DNA of 63,619 bases, the filler included, from Cercozoa sp. M6MM (lineage: Eukaryota > Protista > Endomyxa: Ascetosporea): assembly GCA_040357565.1 (NCBI GenBank). It is 13 parts of 13 records of this genome, joined end to end, with 100 filler letters (N's around TTAATTAATTAA, not from the genome) between each part and the next. Parts side by side here need not be neighbours in the genome. Positions count along the whole stretch, not along the records: positions 41,762 to 45,488 come from JBDODJ010001336.1; positions 45,589 to 53,746 come from JBDODJ010000563.1; positions 53,847 to 57,795 come from JBDODJ010001266.1; 10 more parts are not named here. The stretch is one strand, 5' to 3'. The position numbers and the translations under genes are program-made. Each line of letters starts with the position of its first letter. The first letter of the stretch is position 1. Shown here one piece after another: positions 42,773 to 55,881 of this stretch. Under the pieces are notes generated by a model. It had not been told where the DNA came from. It searched no databases and worked only from the letters and a program-made list of their open reading frames with translations.

Positions 42773-44065
42773 ATGTCCAACAAGCAATCCGAAGAAGATC
42801 TGCGGCTGCAGCTCCAACGTCAGAACCTGTCTCCCTCTGGTGGGTTTACTAATACAGCCGGCCTTGTTCATAGCTATGTGCCTTTGGACTGTGCCTATTG
42901 GGTAGATCATGACTTCTGGGCCAAGGTGTGGCACACGCCGATGGTACAGCACGCTCCCCGAGACTCTAGGTGTGGATACAGTATTCGAGGCGGGTGCGAT
43001 GTACTGTAGTGGAAGCAAGGCGAGGTGTCGAAACCGTTCGAAGGCAACCTCGCCTATGCTGTTGAAAACAGCGGTGTTTCCCTCGAGCAGTTCGCCTCCC
43101 AGGTAAGCATCTTTTACTTTTTTCTACGGGTGAACTTCAGGTATTGTTATTGTTGGCGCAGACTGCCCTGGTACCGTTGTGTGGCGACACGGAAGCGTTG
43201 GACTTCCTGTCGAGTCACTTCCAGCGCGTGAGTTGCCCAACTTGCTGTTTCAGCAGTAGTCTGGCTATCCGAGTGTACACTGTGCAGGTGATTGGCGTCG
43301 AATTCAACGACTCCGTGGTCAACTCGGTCCGCGATCGCTTCGTGCGAAATGGATTTGTCGTGGCCTCGGACTCGTCCAAGTATGATATCTTGCCCCTTCC
43401 CCTCCCCCTTAATTCATGGTTCAGTTTTCTGACTGACACTGGACTGTAAAAATGCTTGCAGCGACGACGAGAGCGAGCGTGTCATTGTGCTTGAGAAGAA
43501 TGGCAAGCAAGTCGTATTGCAGCGACGTGATTTCTTCCTGCCAAGTCGCATCGAGCCAGGTAGGTTTCCGCTCTCAGAACTGATACCCCAGTTAACTTGT
43601 GAACTACGGCTGGATTCCGTGGCCTGTGGCAGGCAGCGTGCACTTCGTGTACGACCGCGCCTCGCTCGTGGCCATCGAGCCGAGTCGTCGCGACGAGTAC
43701 GCCGCCCTGATGAAGGCCTCGTGTGCTCCCGGTGCCGTGTACTTCTTGATCACGATCGAACGCGCCAATGACCCGCTGCGTGGCCCTCCCTTCCATGTGG
43801 TACACAGCTTGATAGTAGTTCTCGGTCTCTCTGCTGCTGCTTTGGGATTTTGTCCGACTGAGCAGCCGAAGGAAGTGGTCGACACAGTGTTGGCCTCGCG
43901 TTTCTCTCTCCAACACTTCCGCGTGGACCCTGCAAAGCGGATCGATCGCATGGTCGAACTCGCTTGGCAGGTACCGGATCCCTCGTCTGCCTGTTGCCTT
44001 TTCTGTTTTGTGTACTTTCTCACTCCGGACAGAACAAGCACTACGTTCTGCGCAATGACGCCTAG
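42773..44065 (+). CDS. TPMT: Thiopurine S-methyltransferase-family protein
   Basis: FWAKVW, ALVPLCGDT, VIGVEF, RDFF, VYDRASLVAIEPSRRDEYA and GPPFHV motifs. Confidence 0.88.
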
Positions 44066-44392
44066 GCTTTGTCGGCTTCTGCCCGGCTCCGCTCACTAAA
44101 GTACGCGCTGTCGCAGTGTTCCTGTCGCTTAATGTTGCTTAATGTTACCATGTTACTTGATTTTATGTACAATGGATGCTCGAATTGTACATGTTTCTTG
44201 ATTTTATGTACATTCACTGGTCTCCTATATTAGTTATCATGCTTCTGCACTGGGTGTCATATTGTCAGTATCTGATATTGTACAACTTTTTTGATGCCGC
44301 GCCCCCTTAAACTGTGCCGGAAACAGTGGCTACCAAGTGCCGGGGTCCCGGGTGTTTTCGTGTCAGATAGATCACTCTAACGGGTTGCCATA

Positions 44393-45478
44393 ATGCAACA
44401 GCTTGGGGAGGGATCCCAGACAGGCAGTTATCTATCACTCCAGGTAATTATTATTGTGCCACAATTTCTTGTTTTTTGTTTTCTCACGTGCGACGGTTCC
44501 TGTTGTTTTTGTTTGTCGCCAGTTCATACAAAAACGGTATCCGAGCGACACATTCTTGCCCGTACGTCGTGTGCTGTTTGAGGCGGTATGCCAGGTGCAA
44601 CGCAAGCGATCGAGACGGCGCGGACCGCGTGATGCCAACTCACCCTGTGCGTTTCTCCAGAACTGACCCGATCATTTCTGTTTTGGCGTGGCAAGCTTTG
44701 CGTTTGTAGTGTCGCAAGTCGAGTACTCGATCAGTTTCAACATCAAGGAACCATATTTTGACGAGTTAAAGGTGTGGGCTGCGATTTCTCAGTTGGGCAG
44801 TTTTTTTTTAAAGTGTTTGCAAGTTTTGTTTGTCGTGTTTTTTGCTGACCGACAAAGGCGTCGCCGCGGTCGTCGCTGTTTCGCACGGAGAAACATCGCG
44901 TGGATGCAGAAGTAGCACTGTCTCCCTTTTGGGCTTTCAGTTTTGCCTTTGCAGTGAATGTTGTATGTGTGTGCGCAGTTGGACGAAAGTTCGCTATCGA
45001 CTCGCATGCAGCAGCTTCGGTAACAGTTCAGGGGGGGGGGGGAGGGGGGGGAGAAAAGGGGGGGGCAAAGGGGGGGGGTAAAACTGCAGTTACTGCCATC
45101 CTGGCTCGGATCCAGCGCGATCGGCAAACGATCGATCCCGCTGCGATCGCGCACCACCCAGTGCTCCCGTCTGCTCACACGTGCAGTCATACCCCCTCCC
45201 CCTCTTACCCCCTTACTCTCTACCCTTCTCGTTGCCCTCTACCCTCCTACCCCTCCTCTTTACCCCCTCAGAACTGCAGTTCGAACTGTCGCTGAAGCAC
45301 CGATCGTTCAAGCCGGCGTCGGTTGATGAGACACGTGGCGACGGTGAGGGTGACGGTGACGGTGACGGTGATCGTCAGTGGCAGGACAACCGTGCGCCGC
45401 AACCGATCAAACGCGCCGATCGCGCTCGCAAAAACAAAGACAAAAGCGGCATTCAACCGCCACCCAAGTACACTGAGG
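44393..45478 (+). CDS. Hypothetical protein (3' partial)
   Basis: Short exons FIQKRYPSDTFLP, VEYSISFNIKEPYFDELK and ELQFELSLKHRSFKP joined by GT-AG introns. Confidence 0.45.
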
Positions 45479-45607
45479 TAGTGCGTTTNNNNNNNNNNNN
45501 NNNNNNNNNNNNNNNNNNNNNNNNNNNNNNNNTTAATTAATTAANNNNNNNNNNNNNNNNNNNNNNNNNNNNNNNNNNNNNNNNNNNNGCCCCCCCCCCC
45601 CCCCCAG

Positions 45608-45796
45608 TCGCACCTGCAATCGACGGCTCCATGGGCCGCCTCAGCCGACGCACCACCTGGCTTTGAATCGGCGTCGTGGCACCAGCAACACGGCGAGGTT
45701 TACGTGCCGCCGCACCTGCGCCACAAGACTGCTCCGGCTCAAACTCCGACTCAAGCTCCCAGCACGCTGGCGCCGTGGGACTTGGACATGAATTAG
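45608..45796 (+). CDS. Terminal exon of an unknown protein with a YVPPHLR motif
   Basis: ...APPGFESASWHQQHGEVYVPPHLRHK...WDLDMN*. Confidence 0.4.
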   Translation, partial: SHLQSTAPWAASADAPPGFESASWHQQHGEVYVPPHLRHKTAPAQTPTQAPSTLAPWDLDMN

Positions 45797-46403
45797 TTAG
45801 TTACTTAGTTCAGTCTACTAAGAAGCCAACGCTGCAGTCCCCCTATCGTATACCAGTCCTGGGTGAGCCACAAGTGCATAGCGCTAGCCGGTCCACGCAC
45901 CGTCCGCGTAGCGTCAGGTGGGCACCCAACTCCTAGAATATCTCCCGTTCCGACCTACGAGTGCTCCCGATCCGACAGTGTCAAGCAGAAGGATATAAAG
46001 TTTCGAATGGGCCTTGCTGACCTTTCGTTTCAGTTCTCTATGTTACAGCATGATCTACTGTATCCGCGCGGAAGCCATTTTAAGACTTACAAAACCCCCA
46101 AGAGAGGTGTGGAAAATTGTGACGTGTGTTCGCTGGGAAGCCTTGAGCAAGCCTTTGCAGCTGAACTCAAAGAAGGGCTCTCTCGACCAGGTAATCTGTT
46201 CTCTCCAGGAACAGTTGTCTCCGCTTCTACCCGTCCTCTGCCTTTCCAGAGGCCCTTCTTCTTTCCTCTTCTTACTTCACGCCAACTCAAGTACTTCTGA
46301 ACCCTCGCCACTCAGTTCTGACGACGCCTTTCCGTCTCAAAAACCCTTTAACTGACTGTCCTTTCTACAGTAGAAACATCTGACGGGTGACTTTCCCGTC
46401 CAT

Positions 46404-46585
46404 CAGTGCTTTGCCGCCCAACTGAACCGTTGGGGTGACTCACTCTTTCAAACTGACACTTGGACACTCTCCCTCCAAGAACAGACTTTTCTTACGTTCC
46501 TTCATTTTTTTTTTGTATCACCGCACTGACAAAGTACCCTCGGTTTACCAAGGCCTAATCCCTATCTGAGAGGGTTGCGGTGACA
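46404..46585. mobile_element. Interspersed repeat copy B (may extend left to ~45979)
   Basis: Homologous to 6132-6307 and ends in TGACA. A TGTCA lies at 45979, but there is no target-site duplication. Confidence 0.7.
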
Positions 46586-46630
46586 TCTATGTGTCGTATT
46601 ACTGACCGAAAAATGAAAAAGTGAGGAATG

Positions 46631-48312
46631 CTAGAGCGCCTTCCACTGCGCCACGGCCCGTGTGCAGTCGGTAAGCTGTCGGCCCAGTCGATCGTTGACC
46701 TGTTGTGCCACAACACAGTGTGTCCTCTATTTTTGCACCACGTGTCTTGGAGTTGTCAGTACCTCATTGTGCAGGTGGCACAGCCACATCTCAAACTGCT
46801 CGCCCGTCTGTGTGTGTACGCCGGTCCTGATCATCTCGTCACGCGTCGTGTCGCCGCAGTAGCTGCAACATCCGGATAACAAACAGTGCACATTGAATGC
46901 ACACCACCGACAACAGGAGGGGTACCCGCACGGGTACAGTCTTGACAGTGTGCGCATAAACGTCGACGCATCCGTTGCCTGTTGTTCCGTTGGCTACGAA
47001 AAACAATGTACCGCATCAAAAACACGGCAGACAAGAAACCTCTCGCGGAAAGTAGGCCGCGCTCGTGTGCAAGAAGGCCCAAACGGCACGGCCCAGTTCA
47101 TCGCGATTTAACTAAAAAAGCACAGTATAATTGTTAACGAAAAAACAACGAGTAAGACAGGAGTACCGGGCACTGTGAGTGTTGCCATGCGAGGATCGGA
47201 TTCGGCATGGCCTTTCGAAACTTCTCTGCGGCTTTGCGGTCGCACTAAAAACATAATGGGAAGACACTTGCATTCAACGCAACAAAGGAAGCAAAGTATC
47301 AGATACAGAGCCATCGGCAGCGCCACTTCGCCACCTTTCCTTGTACCTATAAATTACCGATGGATTTCTAGTGCAACAACAGGGATAGGTGAGTGCGGTA
47401 CCGTGTCAAATCGTCGCACTCCATCGGAGCGACTTCAACTTTGATATTTCTCTCTTGTGCCTGCGCCAGTGGTGGTTGAAAGAAACATCACACAAAACAA
47501 TGACACAAGTCCACCTGTTCTTGTACACGCCGGTGGGCTTCGTTGTGGAAACGGCACATCCATCGACACGCCTCGTCACTACAAATGACACCGAATCAGA
47601 CTGTAGGGGTAGGAAATTATCGCCCTGGGAAGTACCGAGTGGACACACTGTTGACAGGGTTGCCTTCGAGGTATTTTGACATCCACTGCCTCGCCTACTT
47701 TGCAATAGGCCAAATACCCGTATCTGGAACAAGTCACAGTGAGGCAGTGCACCGCTCCCATCGGGTACAATGCCGTCAGTGTTCGCATGAAGTCTCGCAA
47801 GTCCTGCTGCTTCTGCTTCGACAGACCTGCAGTTTTAACATTGGGATTGTAGCAGGACCGCAGGCAAATATCACGGTAGAAACTCTGCTACGCTCAGGCA
47901 TGAAGGCGGCCGTAGTATGCAGCATCGCCCACGTGCACCTTCCCACTGCAAGTGAAATCGGTTCCTGTCACATGCGCATGTAAGTACACCCGGAACCTAC
48001 GTTCTTGTTGAGACAGAGGTCGATTAGAAGGCAGGTAGGCGAGACCCAGGTACGGCTTTGTCGCCGTGGGGTGTTCTACGAGCATACGATAGGTTTGACA
48101 AAGACTACCGCTATGAGCAGGCATATCGTTTGTTACCAAAGGCATCCTCGTTGTGATCTTTCAAGGCAATGGCAACTTTTCGCAGCTGCTCAGTGTTGTC
48201 GCCTCCTTGACACACGGTGCACTCTGCCCACCAGAGTACGATGTATATGAAGTAAGGACCAGGTATCAGGATGGATACCCTCTTTCGCATTCGAAGATTG
48301 CGCAGCACCCAT
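46631..48312 (-). CDS. ERV1: Erv1/ALR-family FAD sulfhydryl oxidase with two tandem Erv domains
   Basis: 14 exons: MGAAQS..CTVC; domain 1 ELGRCTWAMLHT..LYPMGA..WMCRFHNE..ERWRSGAADGSCD; domain 2 CPLNRDELGRAVWAFLHT..LYPCGYC..WLCHLHNEVNDRLG..DC. Confidence 0.88.
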
Positions 48313-48648
48313 GATCGGCAAAAACAATCACGTCAAGCCTATAAAACAAACACACTCACGTACGTGAGCACAGTCGCAGATGCCAAAAATAAAAAAATCG
48401 ACTTTTAATAAATGCACAACGATCATCGCTCAATTTAAAACGGGTTGGACCTGTTTGGACGAGCGGTGGCACGTGCACGCAAGCAGCGCAACGACACATT
48501 CAGACTATTTACGTCTGTTGAACGAATTGTAGAATCTGGCGTGAGCGTTTGGAACGTTTTGCCGCCCCTAAGACATCGTCTCCTTTTGGTACAGCGAAAC
48601 ACGGCGATCAGTGAAGCAAAAACGTGATTCATGTCTGTGCGCAGAACT

Positions 48649-50298
48649 ATGAGCAGCGATCCTCGTGCCGACCTCGCCGCCGCGCAGGCCGCTTTGGACG
48701 AACAGCGCGAAGCTCTGCGTACGCCCGTCCCTTGACCATGCAGGATGTATATTACCTTTAAATTGAATTGAGCAGAGGACGCGCGTACCAAGGCGCGAAA
48801 GGCGGCTACGGCGGCCATTGCGGCCTACAACTCGCTGCAGTACGTGTCCAATGAGGCCAAGGACGTTGTTGTCCTGTCAAAGGCGATTGACAAGTACAAC
48901 CGCAGTGGCCCGCTTGAGGTATCCCAGTAATCAATGCGGTGGGTGTGCATTAAAATAGTCTTATTGTTTTTATGTGCTCAGGACATCAAGAGCGCAATGA
49001 CGCTGGCGCAGATTCTTCTCATTGCCGGCAAGAAGGCCAAAGAGCTCGACCTCCAGATCGGTAGGAGTTTCTCCTATCCCGTTTGACTCGATATGATCAT
49101 GCGAGTTTTGTTCGATCAACAGCCAAACTGCACGCCGCGCGCAAGCAGTGCATTTCGCAGTACAACGAGATGCTCACGGCACCTGCCTCGTCGCCGATCG
49201 TGCAGCAGATGAAGGAAGGTACTGCATCACTTACTCACTCCCTGGTTGTGTCTCTTTTGTACTGCCTCTTGTTGGAATGGCCAGCGCTGGACTCGACGGC
49301 CGAACCGCAGCTGACGATCGAGGAGGCGCAGGCTGCCACGCAGCAGCTCGTGGACGGTGCGTCTGTTTACTCAACAAAGTTGTTGTGGGGTGGGCTTTAT
49401 ATTTACGTGAGGTGTACCTGCTCAGTGACTGAGGAGGCCAAGGCGATGGCACCGTCGGTGGCCTCGTTCGACAAGGCCAAGCGCGACGCCGTCGACACCT
49501 TCAATGACAGCATGGAGAAGCGACACGGCGACGCACACAAGGCGCTGCGACAGGGTAGTCCGAATCCCTACTTTCTGGGTCCTGTATACTGACCAGTGTG
49601 TGTATGTGATGATTAGCCATCGAAAAGTACCGTGGCGGCGGTGCCACGGAGCCGCAGACGGTCTCGCAGTTCGATGCTGCTGCTCGAGGTGCTTTCTACT
49701 CTGCTGTCATCGTGCTTGTCTCTGTTTTGGTACCCATCGCCCTGTCCTTTCGACACAGAGCTGCAGGAGGCCATCGAAGCTGTTAAGAACGACGGCAGTG
49801 TCGCCGGCATTCCGGACTCGGAGTACTCGCGCACCACGCGCACTGAGCACCAGGTGTGTTCTTACCCCCCTCCTATGACTATATTCTTAATGCATCTGTA
49901 TATCATCTGTGTAGGAGCGCTTGACGCCACTGGCTCGTGCGTACCTTGCCGGCGAGACTATGCCCGAGGTACTTTGGTTGAATCTTGGCCGTGTGCACAC
50001 TGTACCCTATGCTTCTGAGCAGACTGAGGACGAGCAAAAGGAGCACGCGCGTGTGATGCGTCATGTGCTTCGTGGTACGCTTGCTCTAATCTTGCGTTTC
50101 TCTCAGTCTGTGAAATCTGTTTGCGCGTGTTTTCCAGGCGAATTCGCTTGCCCGAACTGCAAGTCGCGTGGTAGGCTTTTCCCTTGTCCTACTGTTATGT
50201 CTTCGCATACATGTTCTTACTTTGCAGGCGAGGGTGGCAACTTCTGCAGCCGATGTGGTCTCAAGCTTGAGGGCCAGCACCCGGCCATGGCTTCCTAA
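48649..50298 (+). CDS. Helical protein with a C-terminal zinc ribbon
   Basis: MSSDPRADLAAAQAAL... helical exons, ending GEFACPNCKSR|GEGGNFCSRCGLKL...AMAS*. Confidence 0.6.
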
Positions 50299-50553
50299 AA
50301 TTGCCGCCCGGTGATAAATGACGGTCGTTGTGCGAAGAGGCGAAAATTGCACTTGGCAGTCAACTAAACTTTCGACTTCGTGTTTGCAATACTGTGTGTG
50401 AATTAATTTACTCGTTTGATGTTTGTTACGTTTCGAGCTAGCGATAGCACATTAATGCGTTGGTACGACGCCGGCGCCAAAGAAAGCTGAAGGCAAGTAC
50501 TTTCGTAGCTTTGAGTAAAACTGAAACAGCTGCGGCACGTGCATGTGCGAGCT

Positions 50554-52912
50554 CTAACGCTTGACCCACGTCGGCTTCTTGCGCGCACGCAGGAAACCGA
50601 TCTTCTTGCGCTCCTTCTGGCGCATATCGATCTCGAGCAGGCCGTGCATCTCGAGCGGACTCTGTCGAGCAAATACGATTGCTTCAATCACATTTGCTTA
50701 AAGGTGTGCACTAACGAAGGCACCTTGTAGCGCCGGTCGTAGTGCGCGAGCGCACGCGCGATCGCGTTTCGGAGTGCCTGCACCGCCAGCAGTAGACTGC
50801 AACAACGATAGAGTGCGATGCGAGAGGTACCTGGGCCTGGCCACTGAGACCACCGCCAGCGACCTCGGCCACAACGTCAAAGTTGCGACAGGTTTGCGTC
50901 GCAATGAACGGTAGCGACACCTACAAAGACAAAGATACTCACAGGCGTAACACCGTACGGGAAGGCTATGAGGCAGGCTGTGACGTAAGGTGGTACATAG
51001 ATGCGATCTTGCGGTTTGTGGAAGTAGTCGGCCTGCACAGGGTGGCACAACTATCTGACGGAAGGGCAAGGCAAGACACCGAGGGCGGGGGGGGGGGACG
51101 TACCACATCCTTGCCGTTGATGCGGATGCGACCAGTGCCATTAGGTACCAGGAACAGCTGTGACATACAGTAGTTTAGTAGGGGGCACAGTTAGGTAGGG
51201 TCGGGTAGAGGCATGGCAAGGTTGGAAAGGTATGGGAAGGTAAGGTAAGGTAGGGTAGCATACTGAGAGGGGTACCTCTGAGCGAGCCGTCTTGCGCAGT
51301 GACTTGGCAAACACGGTGCCATCGCGCACGTCGATACCCGAGACCTACAGGGGAACAGGTTAGTCAGTCTGGTAAATGAGGGTAAGGTAAACTTGCTCGC
51401 TACCTCGTGCACCTTGATGGGAATTTCAGAGTCCGTAACACCTGCACACAACCCAGATAGCAAGCAGGGTGCAAGGCGAAAGAGCTGTGTACGCTCGATG
51501 CGGTCCTTGGTGGTGTCGACAAGGAGGTCCTTGAGTGTCTGCATAAACACATACGTATATGCACTACACACGCACATGAGAAAAGCACATGAGAAAAGAG
51601 GAAGCTACGTCGGCAGAGAGGTCGACTTCTGGCAGAGTCTCGGTCGGCTGCACCTCGGTTTCGTCGCCTTCCACGGTGACCTTGACCACCTCCTTGTTGG
51701 ACGAGGCGTATTCACTGTACATGGCGTCGCCCGTCGTGGCCGAGTCTGACTCCTGCAGGAGGGGAAGAAGCGAGTCAAAGAGGGGCGAAAGGGGGCGAAA
51801 GGGGGCGAAAGAAGGGGTTAAAGCTACCGCGTACTCGCCGAAAGCACCGTCGATCTGATCAACGAGATCGGTCTGGTCTTCCTGCATGCGCACATGAGGT
51901 AAAAACCGAGAGGTGGGGCAAGAGGTGGGCAAGACAGGAGGTACGCTGGCGAGTTGGAAGGCCTCGCGCTGCGATTTGACGGCGTGCAGCTTCTGGCGCG
52001 CCTCCTTGTACTCCCTCTCCATCTGCGCCTCCTGCACGGCCTGCTCGTAGTCCGGCAGCGGCACGCCATCGACGCCGTTCTTGGCGTCTTGCACGATCAG
52101 GTAGCGGTTCAGGTCCTCCGGGTCCGACTACAGCACAAGCAACACGTCAAGCAACACGTACGCGCGGCTGGTCATGGCAGATGGTCAGGTCAGGACAATG
52201 GTAAGGTAGGTACGCGGATACTGCGCCACGCGCGCAGGAACGGAATGTCTTTCAGCGCCACGTTGGACAGCTGCTCGACCGTCGGTGCACGCGGGTCCTG
52301 CTCGCGCAGGTCTCGCACGCGCGGCTTGAAGCTGGCTTGCATAAACTTCCTGCGCACAGAGCACACACTCAAGCTGCCAGAGCCAGAGACACCAAAGCAT
52401 CGCTACTGATCCATCGTGTTGATCTCGCGCGGCTTCACTGGCGCTTCCTGGCGCACCTTGCTCACGTCTGTATGTTCACAAACACACGTGCACATGCCTG
52501 CACACACACATTGATAAAAGAAACGCACCGGCACGGCGAAGCTGGCGTCTCTGCACCGAGCGGCCTGCAGCAGGTGACATTGTGTGCTCGCACATTGCAG
52601 ACAAGAGTCATTTGCTGTACCCATCACACGACCGGTCTCAGTATCGAGCTGCAGGCCGTACAGCAGCGGGTCAGTACCACCACCGTGGTTCTTTTCCGTG
52701 GCCTGCACAAAACAGACACAAACAAACACATTGTGGGTGTGGCGGAAATCAAAAAATCACCCCCAAATTGTGATCAAACTTGAGATTAGAGTGACCTTGG
52801 TGCGCGAGGTGCCCGGCGGAGGAGATGAGCCGGCCTGGATCTCGTCCATGCGCACGACGAGGCGTCGCCCCATCACCGAGCGCGCTCGCTGGCACGCCAG
52901 CCGCAGAGCCAT
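50554..52912 (-). CDS. MRPS9: Mitochondrial ribosomal protein uS9m with a long N-terminal extension
   Basis: Presequence MALRLACQRARS; GTGRIRINGKD, VAGGGLSGQAQ, AIARAL and DMRQKERKKIGFLRARKKPTWVKR*. Confidence 0.88.
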
Positions 52913-53109
52913 CAAGTTTTTTCGCACGCACGCACGCCTACAGCACGCCCTCACCTGCTGTCACGATGCACACACACGTGGGTGAGACAGCTTGTGCCGC
53001 TGACAGACCGATCTAGCCTATCGGCTCAGCCCCAAGACGAGCCGGCAACTCAGAGAACCTGCTGCCTCAGCGAACATACACTAGCAAGTGTGCGGTAGTG
53101 GCCAGTGGC

Positions 53110-53742
<633 letters not shown>

Positions 53743-53865
53743 GTAANNNNNNNNNNNNNNNNNNNNNNNNNNNNNNNNNNNNNNNNNNNNTTAATTAATT
53801 AANNNNNNNNNNNNNNNNNNNNNNNNNNNNNNNNNNNNNNNNNNNNGGGGGGGTAAACTACCCGG

Positions 53866-55596
53866 GTCATACAGCACAAGGCACTCCTGCACACGCAGCT
53901 GCGCACAGAAAATCAGGCGTTCCTGAGCGTCCTTGTGCAGCGACTCGGCACACGTGCGCACCGGCACTGCTGCTTCTGCCTCCTGGGGGGGGGTAGGGTG
54001 TATAGGGAGTAGGGTGTATGGGTAGCGTGTGTAGGGGGTAGGGTGTATAGGGGGTAGGGTGTATAGGGGTAGGGTGTATAAGGGGTAGGGTATATGGGGT
54101 AGGGTGTATGTAAAGCTACCCAATCCACCATGCCTCGACGACCTTGCAGAACTAGTGCGCACTCAGTCAACTGCACCAAAGAGGGATACAAAGTATATGG
54201 GTAGGGTATATGGGTAGGGGTAGGGCAGGGGTAGGGTAGGGGTATATGGGTAGGGGGGGGGGGGGGGGGCCAATCCCCCCCCCCTGCCCCCCGGGGCCAA
54301 GGGGGGAGGGGGGTAACGAGGGGGGTATAAACACAGAGTACGCGCAGTGAAGTGCCAGCGCTGCGCCAAAGTTCCGTCGCGCAACACGACGTTCTCCAAC
54401 ACTCTGATCGCTTTGATCCGACCCAGTGCGGTCACGACACCTTCCGCGCGGACGGTCAGGTCACTGCCGAGGTCGGTGACTTGCGCGCGGAACAAGTCCT
54501 GACACGTCTTGCACACCAGTCGCACGAAACGCGTCATGCCGCGCACGTAGGCTCCGTCGCCCGTCAGTGCCGCTCTGCTCACAAGCTGGAGTTTACCCCC
54601 CTCTTTACCCCCCTCTTTCACTCTTTCGATTGGCTTCACCGTCGCTCGGCGAAAAAGCACAGCAACTCGAAGAACTCTCCGAGCAATCGTTTTGCTTCGC
54701 TTTTTTCGCTCTGCTCCTGAGTTGTTTCGCTTTGCATCTTCGCTATTTCGCTTTTGCTTTGCTTCTTTGCTGTTTCGCTTTGCTTCTTTGTTTCGCTTAG
54801 CTTCTTCGTTGTTTCGCTTTGCTTCTTCGCTGTTTCGCTTTGCTCCTCGGCTTTTTCGCTCCTCGTTTCTCTAGCTTCGTCGCTGTCGCTTTGCGCTGCT
54901 TCGTCGCTTTCGGTGCGACTTGAGTCGATTTGGCTCGCGCTGTTTTCGCAGCTTTCGAACAGGGCACTGCGGAGCTGCGCGATGGCGAGGTCCACCACCC
55001 GCGAAAGCAGTCGCTCGCGCAGTTCTTGCGCTCGCTTCTCGTACAGCGCGCTTTCCTTCTGCTCGAGAATGAAAGCTTCCACAGCTTTTGTGGCGAAAGC
55101 GATTGCTTGTGTCGTGAAAACGAAAGCTGGTACCACGAAGTGTCGCGCTTCGTGCGAGAAGCAGTGGATACAGGCATCGAGCTGCTCGAAATCGCTCTGC
55201 TGGCATCGGTGCGAAGCACGCGACACAACGCTGCTGCGACGGTCGAAATCGTCAAAGTACTGCAGCACTCGGCGTGCCAAAAGTGCCTCTTGTCGCGCGC
55301 GCTGTTCTTCTTCGGCCACGTGCGCGCAGGACTGGCGCACGCTTTGTGCCTGTGGCAACAAGGTCCGACACCGCACACATTGCAGGCACAAAGAGCAACT
55401 ACCAAAGCTTCCGCCTTGGCTGCCTGCTGCGTCCACTGGAATAACGCTTCCAACTGCGCACTTGCCGTCTCCTCAAACTCACCTGAAAGTACCAAGTCGA
55501 ATCACATTCACTCACACGAAGCACAGCGAAAGCATACTCAGCGCCGCATGGATTGACTCAGTTTGCTGTAACTCGTGTCTGGTCTGTCTCAGCATC
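53866..55596 (-). CDS. Hypothetical protein with SET[A/T]KKQ repeats (3' partial)
   Basis: ORF 54636-55436 plus flanking exons, with ~21-bp coding repeats at ~54690-54850. The start is uncertain. Confidence 0.5.
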
Positions 55597-55881
55597 ACAT
55601 AAAGCGTAGTAGCACACACTGACTCGTATGCAAACGCGCATCAGATGAGTGCAGTGAGCCAGCTGTGCATGGGCTCATTTATATGACTCGAGCCGATGTA
55701 CCAAGCAGCAAGGCAAGCTGTGTTTTGCCGTGCCTGAGCGCGCGGGTTGCCGAAGCCAGGCGAGATCCTGCTGCCGTGCGAGTTCTAGAGGAGCAGTAGC
55801 AAAAACAGTGAGCTTTCAGGCAGTTTTGTGTTTGGGTTTGTCCCAAGCCCAAGGGAGCGAGCAAGCACGTGCTGGTGTAGG

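Noticed and set aside
45979-46585. Complete solo LTR with TGTCA...TGACA ends
   Set aside because: The flanks (GACAG vs TCTAT) are not a target-site duplication and no clear PBS or PPT is adjacent, so only the right end is supported.
48273-48278. U12-type intron (GTATCC donor)
   Set aside because: The donor is GTATCCAT rather than GTATCCTT, and no matching TCCTTAAC branch site is seen in that intron.
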